Shown here: positions 52,047-60,467 of the stretch, piece after piece
Layout of the letters: each line of letters starts with the position of its first letter
How positions within the stretch are numbered: the stretch's first letter is position 1
From: Bacillus thermozeamaize
GTDB lineage: Bacteria; Bacillota; Bacilli; ZCTH02-B2
Assembly: GCA_002159075.1 (NCBI GenBank)
Contig: LZRT01000072.1
Span: forward strand, 7,096-71,095
DNA length: 64,000 nt
Direction of reading: 5' to 3'
The notes under the pieces: model-generated
Told to the model about the DNA's origin: nothing
Databases searched by the model: none
Seen by the model: the letters and a program-made list of their open reading frames with translations, nothing else
Position numbers and translations under genes: made by a program

Positions 52047-52592
52047 ATGAAAAAGGCCTTGTTGGTGATCGATGTCCAAAATGAATATTTCACCGGGAAA
52101 CTGCCGGTGAGCCATTCGGACAAAAGCCTCAACAACATCTTACTGGCGATGGATCGAGCGCATGAAAAAGGGATTCCGGTTGTGGTCATCCAGCACACCA
52201 GTCGAGCGCAGAACGCGGCTACGTTTCGCAAAGGCAGTCCCGAATGGGAGCTTCACCCTGAAATTGCCAAACGTCCTTGCGATCTCTTGATTGAAAAACA
52301 TTTGCCGGGAAGTTTTACCGGCACCCGTCTGGAGGATTGGCTGAAAAGCAAGGGCATTGCCGGCGTGGCGATTTCCGGCTACATGACCCACATGTGCTGC
52401 GACACCACGGCCAGGCAGGCGTTCCATTTGGGCTTTGCCGTCGACTTTCTTGCCGATGCGACCGGAACCATTTCCATCAAAAACGAAGCGGGTGAAGTCA
52501 CCGCTGAAGAACTTCATCAAACCATCTTGGTTGCACAAGGATCATTGTTCAGCAAGGTCCTCAAAACGTCTGACTGGATCGAAACCCTGTGA
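52047..52592 (+). CDS. Isochorismatase-family cysteine hydrolase
   Basis: [20 protein letters not shown] and [13 protein letters not shown]. Confidence 0.92.
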   Translation: MKKALLVIDVQNEYFTGKLPVSHSDKSLNNILLAMDRAHEKGIPVVVIQHTSRAQNAATFRKGSPEWELHPEIAKRPCDLLIEKHLPGSFTGTRLEDWLKSKGIAGVAISGYMTHMCCDTTARQAFHLGFAVDFLADATGTISIKNEAGEVTAEELHQTILVAQGSLFSKVLKTSDWIETL

Positions 52593-52594
52593 GC

Positions 52595-52637
52595 ACACAC
52601 AAAACCCTGTGGCGTCAGCCGACAGGGTTTTGTGTGT
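52595..52637. terminator. Bidirectional terminator between convergent genes
   Basis: ACACACAAAACCCTGT...ACAGGGTTTTGTGTGT, a 16-bp stem. Confidence 0.85.
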
Positions 52638-52667
52638 CTATGGCTTGTTTGTCTAGGGATTGCATGT

Positions 52668-53663
52668 TTATGATGTGCCCAATGCCGGAAAGTGCGGAAG
52701 CACTTCTTCCCCTAATTCTTCAATCACTTCTTCAGCAGGACGCCGGCCGTATTTCAAGTTGATGATGACGTGATTGACGCCGGCCGTTTTGAGACGCTCA
52801 AGGAATTCGATGAGCAGATTGCGGCCGATGCGGAACCCCAGATGAATCGGGACTGGCACATGGTTCGGATCTTCTGTCAAGTCGACATACAGGGACTGGC
52901 TGAACGGCTTGAACTGATCGGTAAGCGAGCGCCAATGTTGAATCAGTTCCGCTTGGAAGGTCAAGTTTCGGGGGTAGTACAGCCAACCGTCACTGTTTTT
53001 GGCAATCCATTCCACGGACTGCGCGCTGTGGCCGGTTACCAGCACCGGGATGTCCGACAGGCGTGGCTTGGGCAGCACGTCCCCATTCGCCAGGTGGACC
53101 CGGGGCGATTGAATCGTAGGGAAATGTTCCGCCCACGCTTTTTTCATGACCCCAACGGCTTCCTGAAACAAAGCGCCACGGTGTTCGGGATCGGCGGAAA
53201 AGGCCGGAAACTCAATCGGACGATCCCCGGTCGCCACGCCGAGCACCAAGCGTTCTCCGGACAACCGGTCGACGGAAGCGGCCGCTTTGGCGACATGCAA
53301 AGGGTGACGCAATGTCAGGATAATGCTTCCGGTGCCCAAAGCGATCTGTTCGGTATGGGCGGCGATATACCCTAAAAAGACCCAGGGATCATAGATTTGA
53401 CCCACGTCCCCGAAATAGGGGTCATACAACGGAACATCCCGCACGAACAAAGCGGCAAAATTCAACGCTTCCGCCCGTTTTGCCAGCTTCATCTGCTTTT
53501 CCATGTCCATCTCGGGAATGCTGCCCTCGTATGATTCCAGGGGAAAGAACAACCCGATGGTCAGATGGTTTTCCTTGAACATGCGTGCATATCCTTTGTG
53601 CTTGTCAAACCGGTTCGCCGGTTTTCTGTCGGCAGATGGATGCATGTTGGCGGATGGTTTCAT
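52668..53663 (-). CDS. Luciferase-like (LLM class) flavin-dependent oxidoreductase
   Basis: VRDVPLYDP.FGDVGQ and LRHPLHVAKAAASVDRLSGERLVLGVATGDRPIEF. Confidence 0.9.
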   Translation of the reverse strand: MKPSANMHPSADRKPANRFDKHKGYARMFKENHLTIGLFFPLESYEGSIPEMDMEKQMKLAKRAEALNFAALFVRDVPLYDPYFGDVGQIYDPWVFLGYIAAHTEQIALGTGSIILTLRHPLHVAKAAASVDRLSGERLVLGVATGDRPIEFPAFSADPEHRGALFQEAVGVMKKAWAEHFPTIQSPRVHLANGDVLPKPRLSDIPVLVTGHSAQSVEWIAKNSDGWLYYPRNLTFQAELIQHWRSLTDQFKPFSQSLYVDLTEDPNHVPVPIHLGFRIGRNLLIEFLERLKTAGVNHVIINLKYGRRPAEEVIEELGEEVLPHFPALGTS

Positions 53664-53831
53664 GGCTTGACCTCTTTCCCTTGTGTATTGAAAGATATGC
53701 TGCTTCTTTGCTGCTTCTTTTTTAAAGAAATGCTGCGTCCAACGGGCTGCGCCGTGAACGTTTCCTTTAAGGGAAAGGATACCGGAACCTTCTGTGCGCT
53801 ATCCATTGTCAATGTGTTGCAAAGTGTTGGC

Positions 53832-54437
53832 TCAAGAAGGCGGGCCCGCAATCATCCACGCTTCCCGCAGGTTGGCCAGCAGCAGGATGAGCAGTGCCGC
53901 CAGGATGCCCAGCTTGTCGAAGAGCGTGAGGGAACGGCTTTTTTGTTCGATGGGCTCCGGCCTTGAAAAGAAGCTCCGGAAACGGTACCGGGAAATGGCA
54001 TACGTGGCTACGGCAATCCATGTATACGCCGCGATTTCGTAAAGCCCGCTTCTTCCGAACACGGCCAGCGACGGGGGAAGGGGATGGTCCATGGGGATGG
54101 AGAAAGAATTGGTCCCAAGCAGGATGGCGTAATGGATCATCCATTCCAAAGGGATCAGATAACCGAGCGGAAACGTCCGGCCGATGACGTACAGGTTGGC
54201 AACAACCACAATCAGGCACGGAATGAGGTTCAAGCCAAAGATTTTGAGCCATTCCAGCACGGGATGTCCCGCCGCTTCGTTTCCGGCCAGTTTGGCCAAG
54301 AAGCCCGTATTGCGCAACACCGCCTCGGGCAAGAAGAAGTAGCTGATCGTCCAGGTGATGTAAAAGAACAACAAGCCCAGCAAGTAAAGCGAAAAAAACC
54401 TGACCAGGATATTTCGGTGGCAGAAAAGGGCGGACAT
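53832..54437 (-). CDS. Hypothetical multi-pass membrane protein
   Basis: About 5 hydrophobic segments, motifs GTNSFS and SGLYEIAAY, RBS AAGGAAG. Confidence 0.7.
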   Translation of the reverse strand: MSALFCHRNILVRFFSLYLLGLLFFYITWTISYFFLPEAVLRNTGFLAKLAGNEAAGHPVLEWLKIFGLNLIPCLIVVVANLYVIGRTFPLGYLIPLEWMIHYAILLGTNSFSIPMDHPLPPSLAVFGRSGLYEIAAYTWIAVATYAISRYRFRSFFSRPEPIEQKSRSLTLFDKLGILAALLILLLANLREAWMIAGPPS

Positions 54438-54678
54438 GTTGGACCCACTTCCTTTGTCTGATCTATTTTCAAAATTCAGGAATCAAAGCGTGCCAGTCAG
54501 CCAATCCTGTGAAGATTTTACCGAATCAAAAGGACATCTGAAAAGAGGTTCAGGATGGAGGGAATTTCCTTATTTTCATGTTTTTATAGAAGCGCCGTTG
54601 ACATGCTATACTGGAGGCGATGTGAATCTGCAGAAGGTATTGGAAGGCATCGAGAATCCACAGAAAGCGGTGTGAATC

Positions 54679-56466
54679 GTGCATTCGGTGACCACGTTTG
54701 ACAGTACCAAAGAATCCCTGCAAGACTTGCTGAAGAGCATCAAGGATGGGAGAACGCAGCTCCCCGATTTTCAGCGCGGGTGGGTTTGGGATGACGAGCA
54801 CATCCGCAGCCTGTTGGCCAGCATTTCCCTGTCCTACCCGGTCGGCGCCGTGATGATGCTTCAAACCGGCAATGATGAGGTCCGGTTCAAACCGCGGCCG
54901 GTGGAAGGCGTCATCCTGCCGCAACCGGTTGAGCCGGAGCGGCTGATCCTGGACGGCCAGCAGCGGCTGACCTCCCTGTACCAATCCTTGTATTCCGGCA
55001 AGCCGGTCACGACCAAAGATCCGAGGGGCAATACGATCAGCCGGTGGTATTACCTGGACATCAACAAGGTCCTCGATCCGGCGGCAGACCGGGAGGAGGC
55101 CGTTGTCAGCGTTCCGGAGGACCGGAAGATTCGCAACTTCCGCGGCGAGGTGACGGCGGATTACTCGACCATGGAAGCGGAGTGCCGGGCGGAATTGTTT
55201 CCTTTGGCCCGCGTGTTTGACCTTCACGCCCTGATGGAATGGCAGATGTGTTATTGCCAGGCGGACCCCACAGCCGCGGCGGAGCGGATGGGCAAGTGGA
55301 GCCGGTTTCTCCAGGACGTGATCCAGCGGTTTCAGCAGTACCAGATGCCGCTCATCCTGCTGCGCAAGGAAAACCCCAAGGAAGCGGTTTGCCAGGTGTT
55401 TGAAAAGGTGAACACCGGCGGCGTCTCCCTGACCGCCTTTGAACTCCTGACCGCCACTTATGCGGCGGAAGATTTCAACCTGCGGGAGGACTGGCAGGAG
55501 AGGCAGCGGCGGATCCGGCAACACAAGGTGCTGGAAGGGGTCCAGAACACCGACTTTTTGCAGGCGGTTACCCTGCTGGCCACATATGCCCGGAAAAAGG
55601 CCAATCCCGAACAGGCCGTCAGCTGCAAGCGCCGGGACATCCTCCGGCTGTCCCTGGATGATTACCTGGCCTGGGCCGAGCCGGCGACGGCGGGTTTCGA
55701 AAAGGTGGCTAAGTTCTTGATTTCACAGAAAATCTTTGCCGCCCGGGATCTTCCCTATCATTCACAGACCGTGCCCCTGGCGGCCATCATGGCAGTTCTT
55801 GGGGACCGCGCGGAAAATGACGGTGTCCGCGCAAAACTGGCCCGCTGGTACTGGTGCGGCGTGCTGGGTGAGTTGTATGGCAGCGCGACCGAGAGCCGGT
55901 TTGCCAAGGATCTGCCGGAAGTGGTTTCCTGGATCGAAGGGGGAGAGGCGCCGTCCACCGTCCAGGATGCCCATTTCTCACCCGACCGCCTGCTCACCTT
56001 GCGGACGCGGAACAGCGCGGCGTACAAGGGAATTTCCGCCCTCCTGCTGCGGGAGGGGGCGCTGGATTTCCGGAGCGGCGATGCGGTGGATGTGAATCTG
56101 TATTTTGACGAACGGATGGACATTCACCATATCTTCCCCCGCGCCTTTTGTCAGGAAAAGGGGATTGACCTGCGGCTCTGTGATTGCATCGTCAACAAGA
56201 CGCCCCTGTCGGCCAAGACCAACCGCATGATCGGCGGCAATGCGCCCAGCGTCTACCTGGTCCGCCTGCAGAAACACGCCGGGATTGCGGACGAGCGGAT
56301 GCGGGAGATTCTGTCTTCCCACGTGATCGATGAACAGGCGATGCGGCAGGATGACTTCCACACCTTTTTCCGCCTCCGGCGCGAGGCGCTGCTTGACCGT
56401 ATTGAACAGGCGATGGGGAAACCGGTGAACCGGCACGCGGATGCGGACCCTGGCGCGCCGCGATGA
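54679..56466 (+). CDS. GmrSD-family (DUF262 + HNH/DUF1524-like) modification-dependent restriction nuclease
   Basis: DUF262 motifs PDFQRGWVW, LDGQQRLT and FEKVN; C-terminal DIHHIFP...VNKTPL...TN. Confidence 0.85.
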   Translation: MHSVTTFDSTKESLQDLLKSIKDGRTQLPDFQRGWVWDDEHIRSLLASISLSYPVGAVMMLQTGNDEVRFKPRPVEGVILPQPVEPERLILDGQQRLTSLYQSLYSGKPVTTKDPRGNTISRWYYLDINKVLDPAADREEAVVSVPEDRKIRNFRGEVTADYSTMEAECRAELFPLARVFDLHALMEWQMCYCQADPTAAAERMGKWSRFLQDVIQRFQQYQMPLILLRKENPKEAVCQVFEKVNTGGVSLTAFELLTATYAAEDFNLREDWQERQRRIRQHKVLEGVQNTDFLQAVTLLATYARKKANPEQAVSCKRRDILRLSLDDYLAWAEPATAGFEKVAKFLISQKIFAARDLPYHSQTVPLAAIMAVLGDRAENDGVRAKLARWYWCGVLGELYGSATESRFAKDLPEVVSWIEGGEAPSTVQDAHFSPDRLLTLRTRNSAAYKGISALLLREGALDFRSGDAVDVNLYFDERMDIHHIFPRAFCQEKGIDLRLCDCIVNKTPLSAKTNRMIGGNAPSVYLVRLQKHAGIADERMREILSSHVIDEQAMRQDDFHTFFRLRREALLDRIEQAMGKPVNRHADADPGAPR

Positions 56467-56565
56467 AAAACAGGCGGTCCCATCAGAGTAAATGTCGGCT
56501 CCAAAATGGAACATGCCGCATCTCATAATAAAAAATTAAACTTTGCCATTCAGAGGTGATGGTGA

Positions 56566-56850
56566 TTGCCGTTCATCAAACCGTTTATCACTGCTTTAAG
56601 ATTTAACGCAACGATTGGGGATGGAACAGGCACGGGTGCCACGTTTGCCATTCCGGCCACCGCATTTCTCGATGACAGCGGAAATACGGTGACCACATTC
56701 CCCAGTTCGTTCGCGTATTACAACCTTTACATCAACGGCGTGATTCAGCCGGGCAACGCCTCCACGATTTCAACCACCTCGCTCACGATTCCCGACGGAG
56801 ATACTTTAAACCCGGCAACCCCTGTCGTTGTGGAAATGGTTGTCAATTAA
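56566..56850 (+). CDS. DUF4183 domain protein
   Basis: IPATAFLDDSG and YYNLYINGVIQP. Confidence 0.75.
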   Translation: MPFIKPFITALRFNATIGDGTGTGATFAIPATAFLDDSGNTVTTFPSSFAYYNLYINGVIQPGNASTISTTSLTIPDGDTLNPATPVVVEMVVN

Positions 56851-56970
56851 CAGGGCAATGTTCAAACGATCGCGCCTGCAAAGCATTCAGGGCTTTCCCG
56901 GACGGGCACAGCATGTCTGGGGAGGCCCCTTTCTTGCTTTATTCATTCTTCGTGAAAGGAAGGACAAGCG

Positions 56971-57477
56971 GTGAGACTCTACATGGTACGAAGAAACATT
57001 CTGCCTGAAAACATCACTCCAGGTAATATGATGCGGAGAAGCATGGCCTCAAAGATGATGTTCAGGTCACCGGTCACGCAAAGCGCGAGCGTGTCCGTCA
57101 CGGAGAACCTGGCATATGCCTGGTGCCATGCGAAGATGATTACCCCACTCGGCTGCCCCGATATCTTTCCAAGACAGGTCAGTCCCGATGTTCCTCGCCT
57201 GCTGAAAGCCGAGACCACTCAATACACGGCTTTTTCCGACGGCTTCCGAAATGTCTACACCGACGCTGACGCAGCGCCGCCATACAGCACTTCCGGCATC
57301 TTGGACCCTGGCAGTGTGTCTTTTCTCAACCTTTTTGTCAACGGCGTCCTGCAATCACCGAATTTGTATGCGGTAAGACCCGGAATGCTGATTCTCAGCG
57401 ATATCCCCCCGCGGGGCGCGCCGCTCATCCTGCAGTTTGTGAAAATCACTTTGCCCTCTGATCAAGGGTTGCTTTAG
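56971..57477 (+). CDS. DUF4183 domain protein (start uncertain)
   Basis: SDG..VYTDAD, GILDP..VSFLNLFVNGVLQ and PLILQFV. Confidence 0.65.
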   Translation: MRLYMVRRNILPENITPGNMMRRSMASKMMFRSPVTQSASVSVTENLAYAWCHAKMITPLGCPDIFPRQVSPDVPRLLKAETTQYTAFSDGFRNVYTDADAAPPYSTSGILDPGSVSFLNLFVNGVLQSPNLYAVRPGMLILSDIPPRGAPLILQFVKITLPSDQGLL

Positions 57478-57489
57478 GGATTTTCGGGA

Positions 57490-57745
57490 CCTTTGTCCAT
57501 TCTTAACTATTTTTTTCAAAGACCTGACGCGTGACAAGGAAAAACGGCAAATTCCTTTTAAGGCGGAAGATTACGATCTGACAACCAGGGAGATCAAGCT
57601 CCTGGAAGAGCAGGGATTTTTGTTAGAAACGGATGATGGGTATTACATGCCCGAGATTATCCGTCGCGGGCTAGGATTTCAAATCCAGGCGGGCGCCAGA
57701 CCGAAGGTGCTGGCGCTGTTGAGGGCGGCGAAACGCAAAAGGTAA
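57490..57745 (+). pseudogene. Orphan 3' gene fragment (resembles the C-terminus of ParA-like 'KGGVGR-variant' ATPases)
   Basis: Frame with no RBS/start: ...KEKRQIPFKAEDYDLTTREIKLLEEQGFLLETDDGYYMPEIIRRGLGFQIQAGARPKVLALLRAAKRKR*, followed by a terminator. Confidence 0.5.
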
Positions 57746-57761
57746 GTTCTAAGTTCAAAAA

Positions 57762-57798
57762 CACCGAGGGGCTGGTCAGTTGACGCAGCCCCTCGGTG
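57762..57798. terminator. Bidirectional terminator
   Basis: CACCGAGGGGCTG...CAGCCCCTCGGTG, a 13-bp stem. Confidence 0.85.
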
Positions 57799-57842
57799 CG
57801 TATATTGGCATATTGCATATTGCGAGCGCAGTTTGTGGAAAT

Positions 57843-58913
57843 TCATTCATGAAACCGTTCCAGGCGAAACGGTTCAAGCGGAAAAGAGGGAGCTTCGCCC
57901 GCCAGGATCTCGCTCATCAGCATGCCGGCGATGGGGGAAAGGGTGACGCCGCTGTGCATCACCGCAAGGAACAGGCCAGGGACACCCTGGACGGGCCCGA
58001 TGATTGGCAGGCCGTCCCGGGGCATGGCCCGCAAACCGGCAAACGCCCGGACAAGGCGCAGGCGCCGAAGCGCGGGGATGATTTTGATGCCAAAACGGGC
58101 CGTTTCGCCGATAATATCCCAGGTGGTGTCCTTGGCAAACCCGGCCTCCTCCTTGGAATATCCGATGAGCACCTCTCCGTTCACGGTTTGCCGGACGCCG
58201 CTGACGGTGTGCTTGAGGAAGCGCGGGGCCGGTTCGGTGATCAGGATTTGCCCCCTGACCGGACGGACGGGCACCTGGACGCCCAGGTGTTGGGCCAGGA
58301 GCGGGGTCCACGTGCCGGCCGCCAACACCAGTTGCCCGGCGGTATAGGTTTCTTTCTCTGTCTGGATGACGAATTGCCTGCCGCGGCGTTGAATCTGGGT
58401 GACCGGATTGTAAAAGGAAAAGGTGACCTTCCGGCGCCTTGCCGCCTGAATGTAAGCCTGATTGAGGCGCATCGGGTTGACATTCCCGTCCAAAGGACTG
58501 TAGGTGGCGGCGATGATTTGATCCGACAGGTACGGCTCCTTGGCCAGGGCTTCTTCCTTGCTCAGGAGGTGGATTTCAATGCCTTTCTCCTGCTGTTCTT
58601 TCACCAGTTTCCTGGCTTTGGCCAGCTTGTCCTCATCGAAGATGGGAGCAATCCCGCCGGTGCGGACATATTCGATGTCCACGAGCTTTTTCTTGAGAAT
58701 GGGGTACATTTCGGCGCTGTACATGGAAAACTCGGCGTACCAGTTGGGCTGCTTGGTATGGACCCATACCCAGGCCTGTGTGGCGCCGGAGGTCCCGGCC
58801 CCCGGAAAGTGACGGTCGATGACCAGGATGTTGGATGTTTTTTCCGACAGATGGTAGGCGATGCTGCTTCCCACCACCCCAGCGCCGATGATGATGGTAT
58901 CGTAGTGTGTCAT
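57843..58913 (-). CDS. DAO-family FAD oxidoreductase (HcnC/OoxB/proline dehydrogenase beta-like)
   Basis: IIGAGVVGSSIAY, PVRGQI, GLRAMPRDGLPIIG and HSGVTLSP. Confidence 0.88.
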   Translation of the reverse strand: MTHYDTIIIGAGVVGSSIAYHLSEKTSNILVIDRHFPGAGTSGATQAWVWVHTKQPNWYAEFSMYSAEMYPILKKKLVDIEYVRTGGIAPIFDEDKLAKARKLVKEQQEKGIEIHLLSKEEALAKEPYLSDQIIAATYSPLDGNVNPMRLNQAYIQAARRRKVTFSFYNPVTQIQRRGRQFVIQTEKETYTAGQLVLAAGTWTPLLAQHLGVQVPVRPVRGQILITEPAPRFLKHTVSGVRQTVNGEVLIGYSKEEAGFAKDTTWDIIGETARFGIKIIPALRRLRLVRAFAGLRAMPRDGLPIIGPVQGVPGLFLAVMHSGVTLSPIAGMLMSEILAGEAPSFPLEPFRLERFHE

Positions 58914-58917
58914 GTTT

Positions 58918-59277
58918 TCATTCACCCGTTTGTTCCCGATTGTCAATGGCATGCAAGAGAATGTCGATGACTTCCGCATTTTGCCGGTTGGGCATGGTGG
59001 CCAGCACTTCCAGGTGAACCGGAAAGAGAGGAAACCGGGCCTTGGGGCTGGCGACCTGGGAGAGCGGCCGGCCGATGAATTCGGCGATGATGGCCATCAC
59101 AGGCATGCGGCAGGTTTTCGACTGGCAGGGGCCCATGCCGCAGCGGGTGATCCGTTTGATGTCGTCCGGTGTGCAGGCGCCTTGACTGATGGCGGTCTCG
59201 ATTTCCCCCCGGGTCACCTCTTCACACCGGCAGATGATTGTGAATTCGTCTGCAAAACGGTTCCATCCACAGTTCAA
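58918..59277 (-). CDS. Stand-alone BFD-like [2Fe-2S] domain protein
   Basis: ICRCEEVT...TRCGMGPCQSKTC; TTG start after AAAGGAGG. Confidence 0.8.
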   Translation of the reverse strand: MNCGWNRFADEFTIICRCEEVTRGEIETAISQGACTPDDIKRITRCGMGPCQSKTCRMPVMAIIAEFIGRPLSQVASPKARFPLFPVHLEVLATMPNRQNAEVIDILLHAIDNREQTGE

Positions 59278-59290
59278 TCTACAGCCTCCT

Positions 59291-60070
59291 TTACCTCCCG
59301 TGAAACAGCCCCTTGAGGGCCGCAAAAATGGGTTCATAGTTGCAGTCTTCGGGCGCCGCGTCAATGCCGGCCGCCTTGCCGGCCACGTAGACCCCGGGGG
59401 CGGACAGGGTTTCCAGGCGCTCATTGAGGCGGACGTGCATCCGGCCTTGCTCGTCCACAGCGGTTTCAAACTGGCTGGCGTGAAACAGATCGACGGCTGG
59501 AGTCCAGCCGGCATCCACAATCACGGTGCTGGCATCGATGGTCTGAACCTGGGAAGGGGGCTGCCCCTTTTCTCTCCAGGAAAAGCGCTTCACTTCTGTC
59601 CCGCCGCTGGCTTCTATCCACTCCAGATCATCCCAGCACAGGACGGTGGTTTGCTGGGCGTGGGCCTTGACGGTATCCACAAATGGGCCCTGCGGCTGAC
59701 GGGTCAGGAGGACGACCGATTCCCCGAGGGATGGTGCAGGGTATCGGAGGATCTGTTGGACCGCCGATGGCAGGAGCACCCCCGGCAGCGTCCAGCCCGG
59801 AAACGGCACTGCCAATCCTCTGCTTCCCGTTGCCGCGATGATCATCTGACAGTGAAAGCGATGCAGGCGTTCCTCATATTCCACAACCACTTCCCGGTCA
59901 AACCCGATGCCGAGGACGGCTGCCTGTCCGATCCGCCTGGGGTGAACGGGCAGGGGCTTCATATCCACCTGAAGGTAGGGCAGGGACTGCCTTTCCAGCC
60001 AATCGGCAAAGTAGGTGCCGGTTCTGCCGGCCCCGATGATCAGGACCGGCGCTTGGTCAAATGGGGTCAT
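59291..60070 (-). CDS. Shortened FAD/NAD(P)-binding oxidoreductase subunit (HcnB/OoxA-like)
   Basis: IIGAGRTG, AATGS...PFPGWTLPGV and PGVYVAGKAAG. Confidence 0.72.
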   Translation of the reverse strand: MTPFDQAPVLIIGAGRTGTYFADWLERQSLPYLQVDMKPLPVHPRRIGQAAVLGIGFDREVVVEYEERLHRFHCQMIIAATGSRGLAVPFPGWTLPGVLLPSAVQQILRYPAPSLGESVVLLTRQPQGPFVDTVKAHAQQTTVLCWDDLEWIEASGGTEVKRFSWREKGQPPSQVQTIDASTVIVDAGWTPAVDLFHASQFETAVDEQGRMHVRLNERLETLSAPGVYVAGKAAGIDAAPEDCNYEPIFAALKGLFHGR

Positions 60071-60467
60071 GCTGAACACCACGCTTCACTTGGATTCCTG
60101 GCCGGACCGGTTCCAAACAGCTTCGGACATTGCGTCTGCCGTCTACTTGCACTAGGCAGCTCTGGCACCAACCGGCGCCGCAATACATGCCTCTGGCCTG
60201 CGAAAGTTTCATGCTGCTGCCAAGGTTGCGAATGCCCGCGCGCCACAGGGCGACGGCAATCGGCTCGCCTTCATACCCATATACTTCTTTTCCTTCAAAG
60301 GTAAAGGTAATGCGTCGTTTTCCATTCATTGGCGTTTGATCTACCTCGCTGTCATGTTCTGCTTCCCGCTTCACATCGTGGAATAGCGCTTTTTCATCCA
60401 TAACGCTCATCTCATCGGTATCGTTGTTGTCGTTCTTTTCACTGTGACGGACTGAGGAGGCGCGCAT
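60057..60467 (-). CDS. [2Fe-2S] ferredoxin-like subunit (HcnA-like; start uncertain)
   Basis: GEPIAVAL and RGMYCGAGWCQSCLVQVDG..NVRSC. Confidence 0.85.
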   Translation of the reverse strand: MRASSVRHSEKNDNNDTDEMSVMDEKALFHDVKREAEHDSEVDQTPMNGKRRITFTFEGKEVYGYEGEPIAVALWRAGIRNLGSSMKLSQARGMYCGAGWCQSCLVQVDGRRNVRSCLEPVRPGIQVKRGVQHDPI

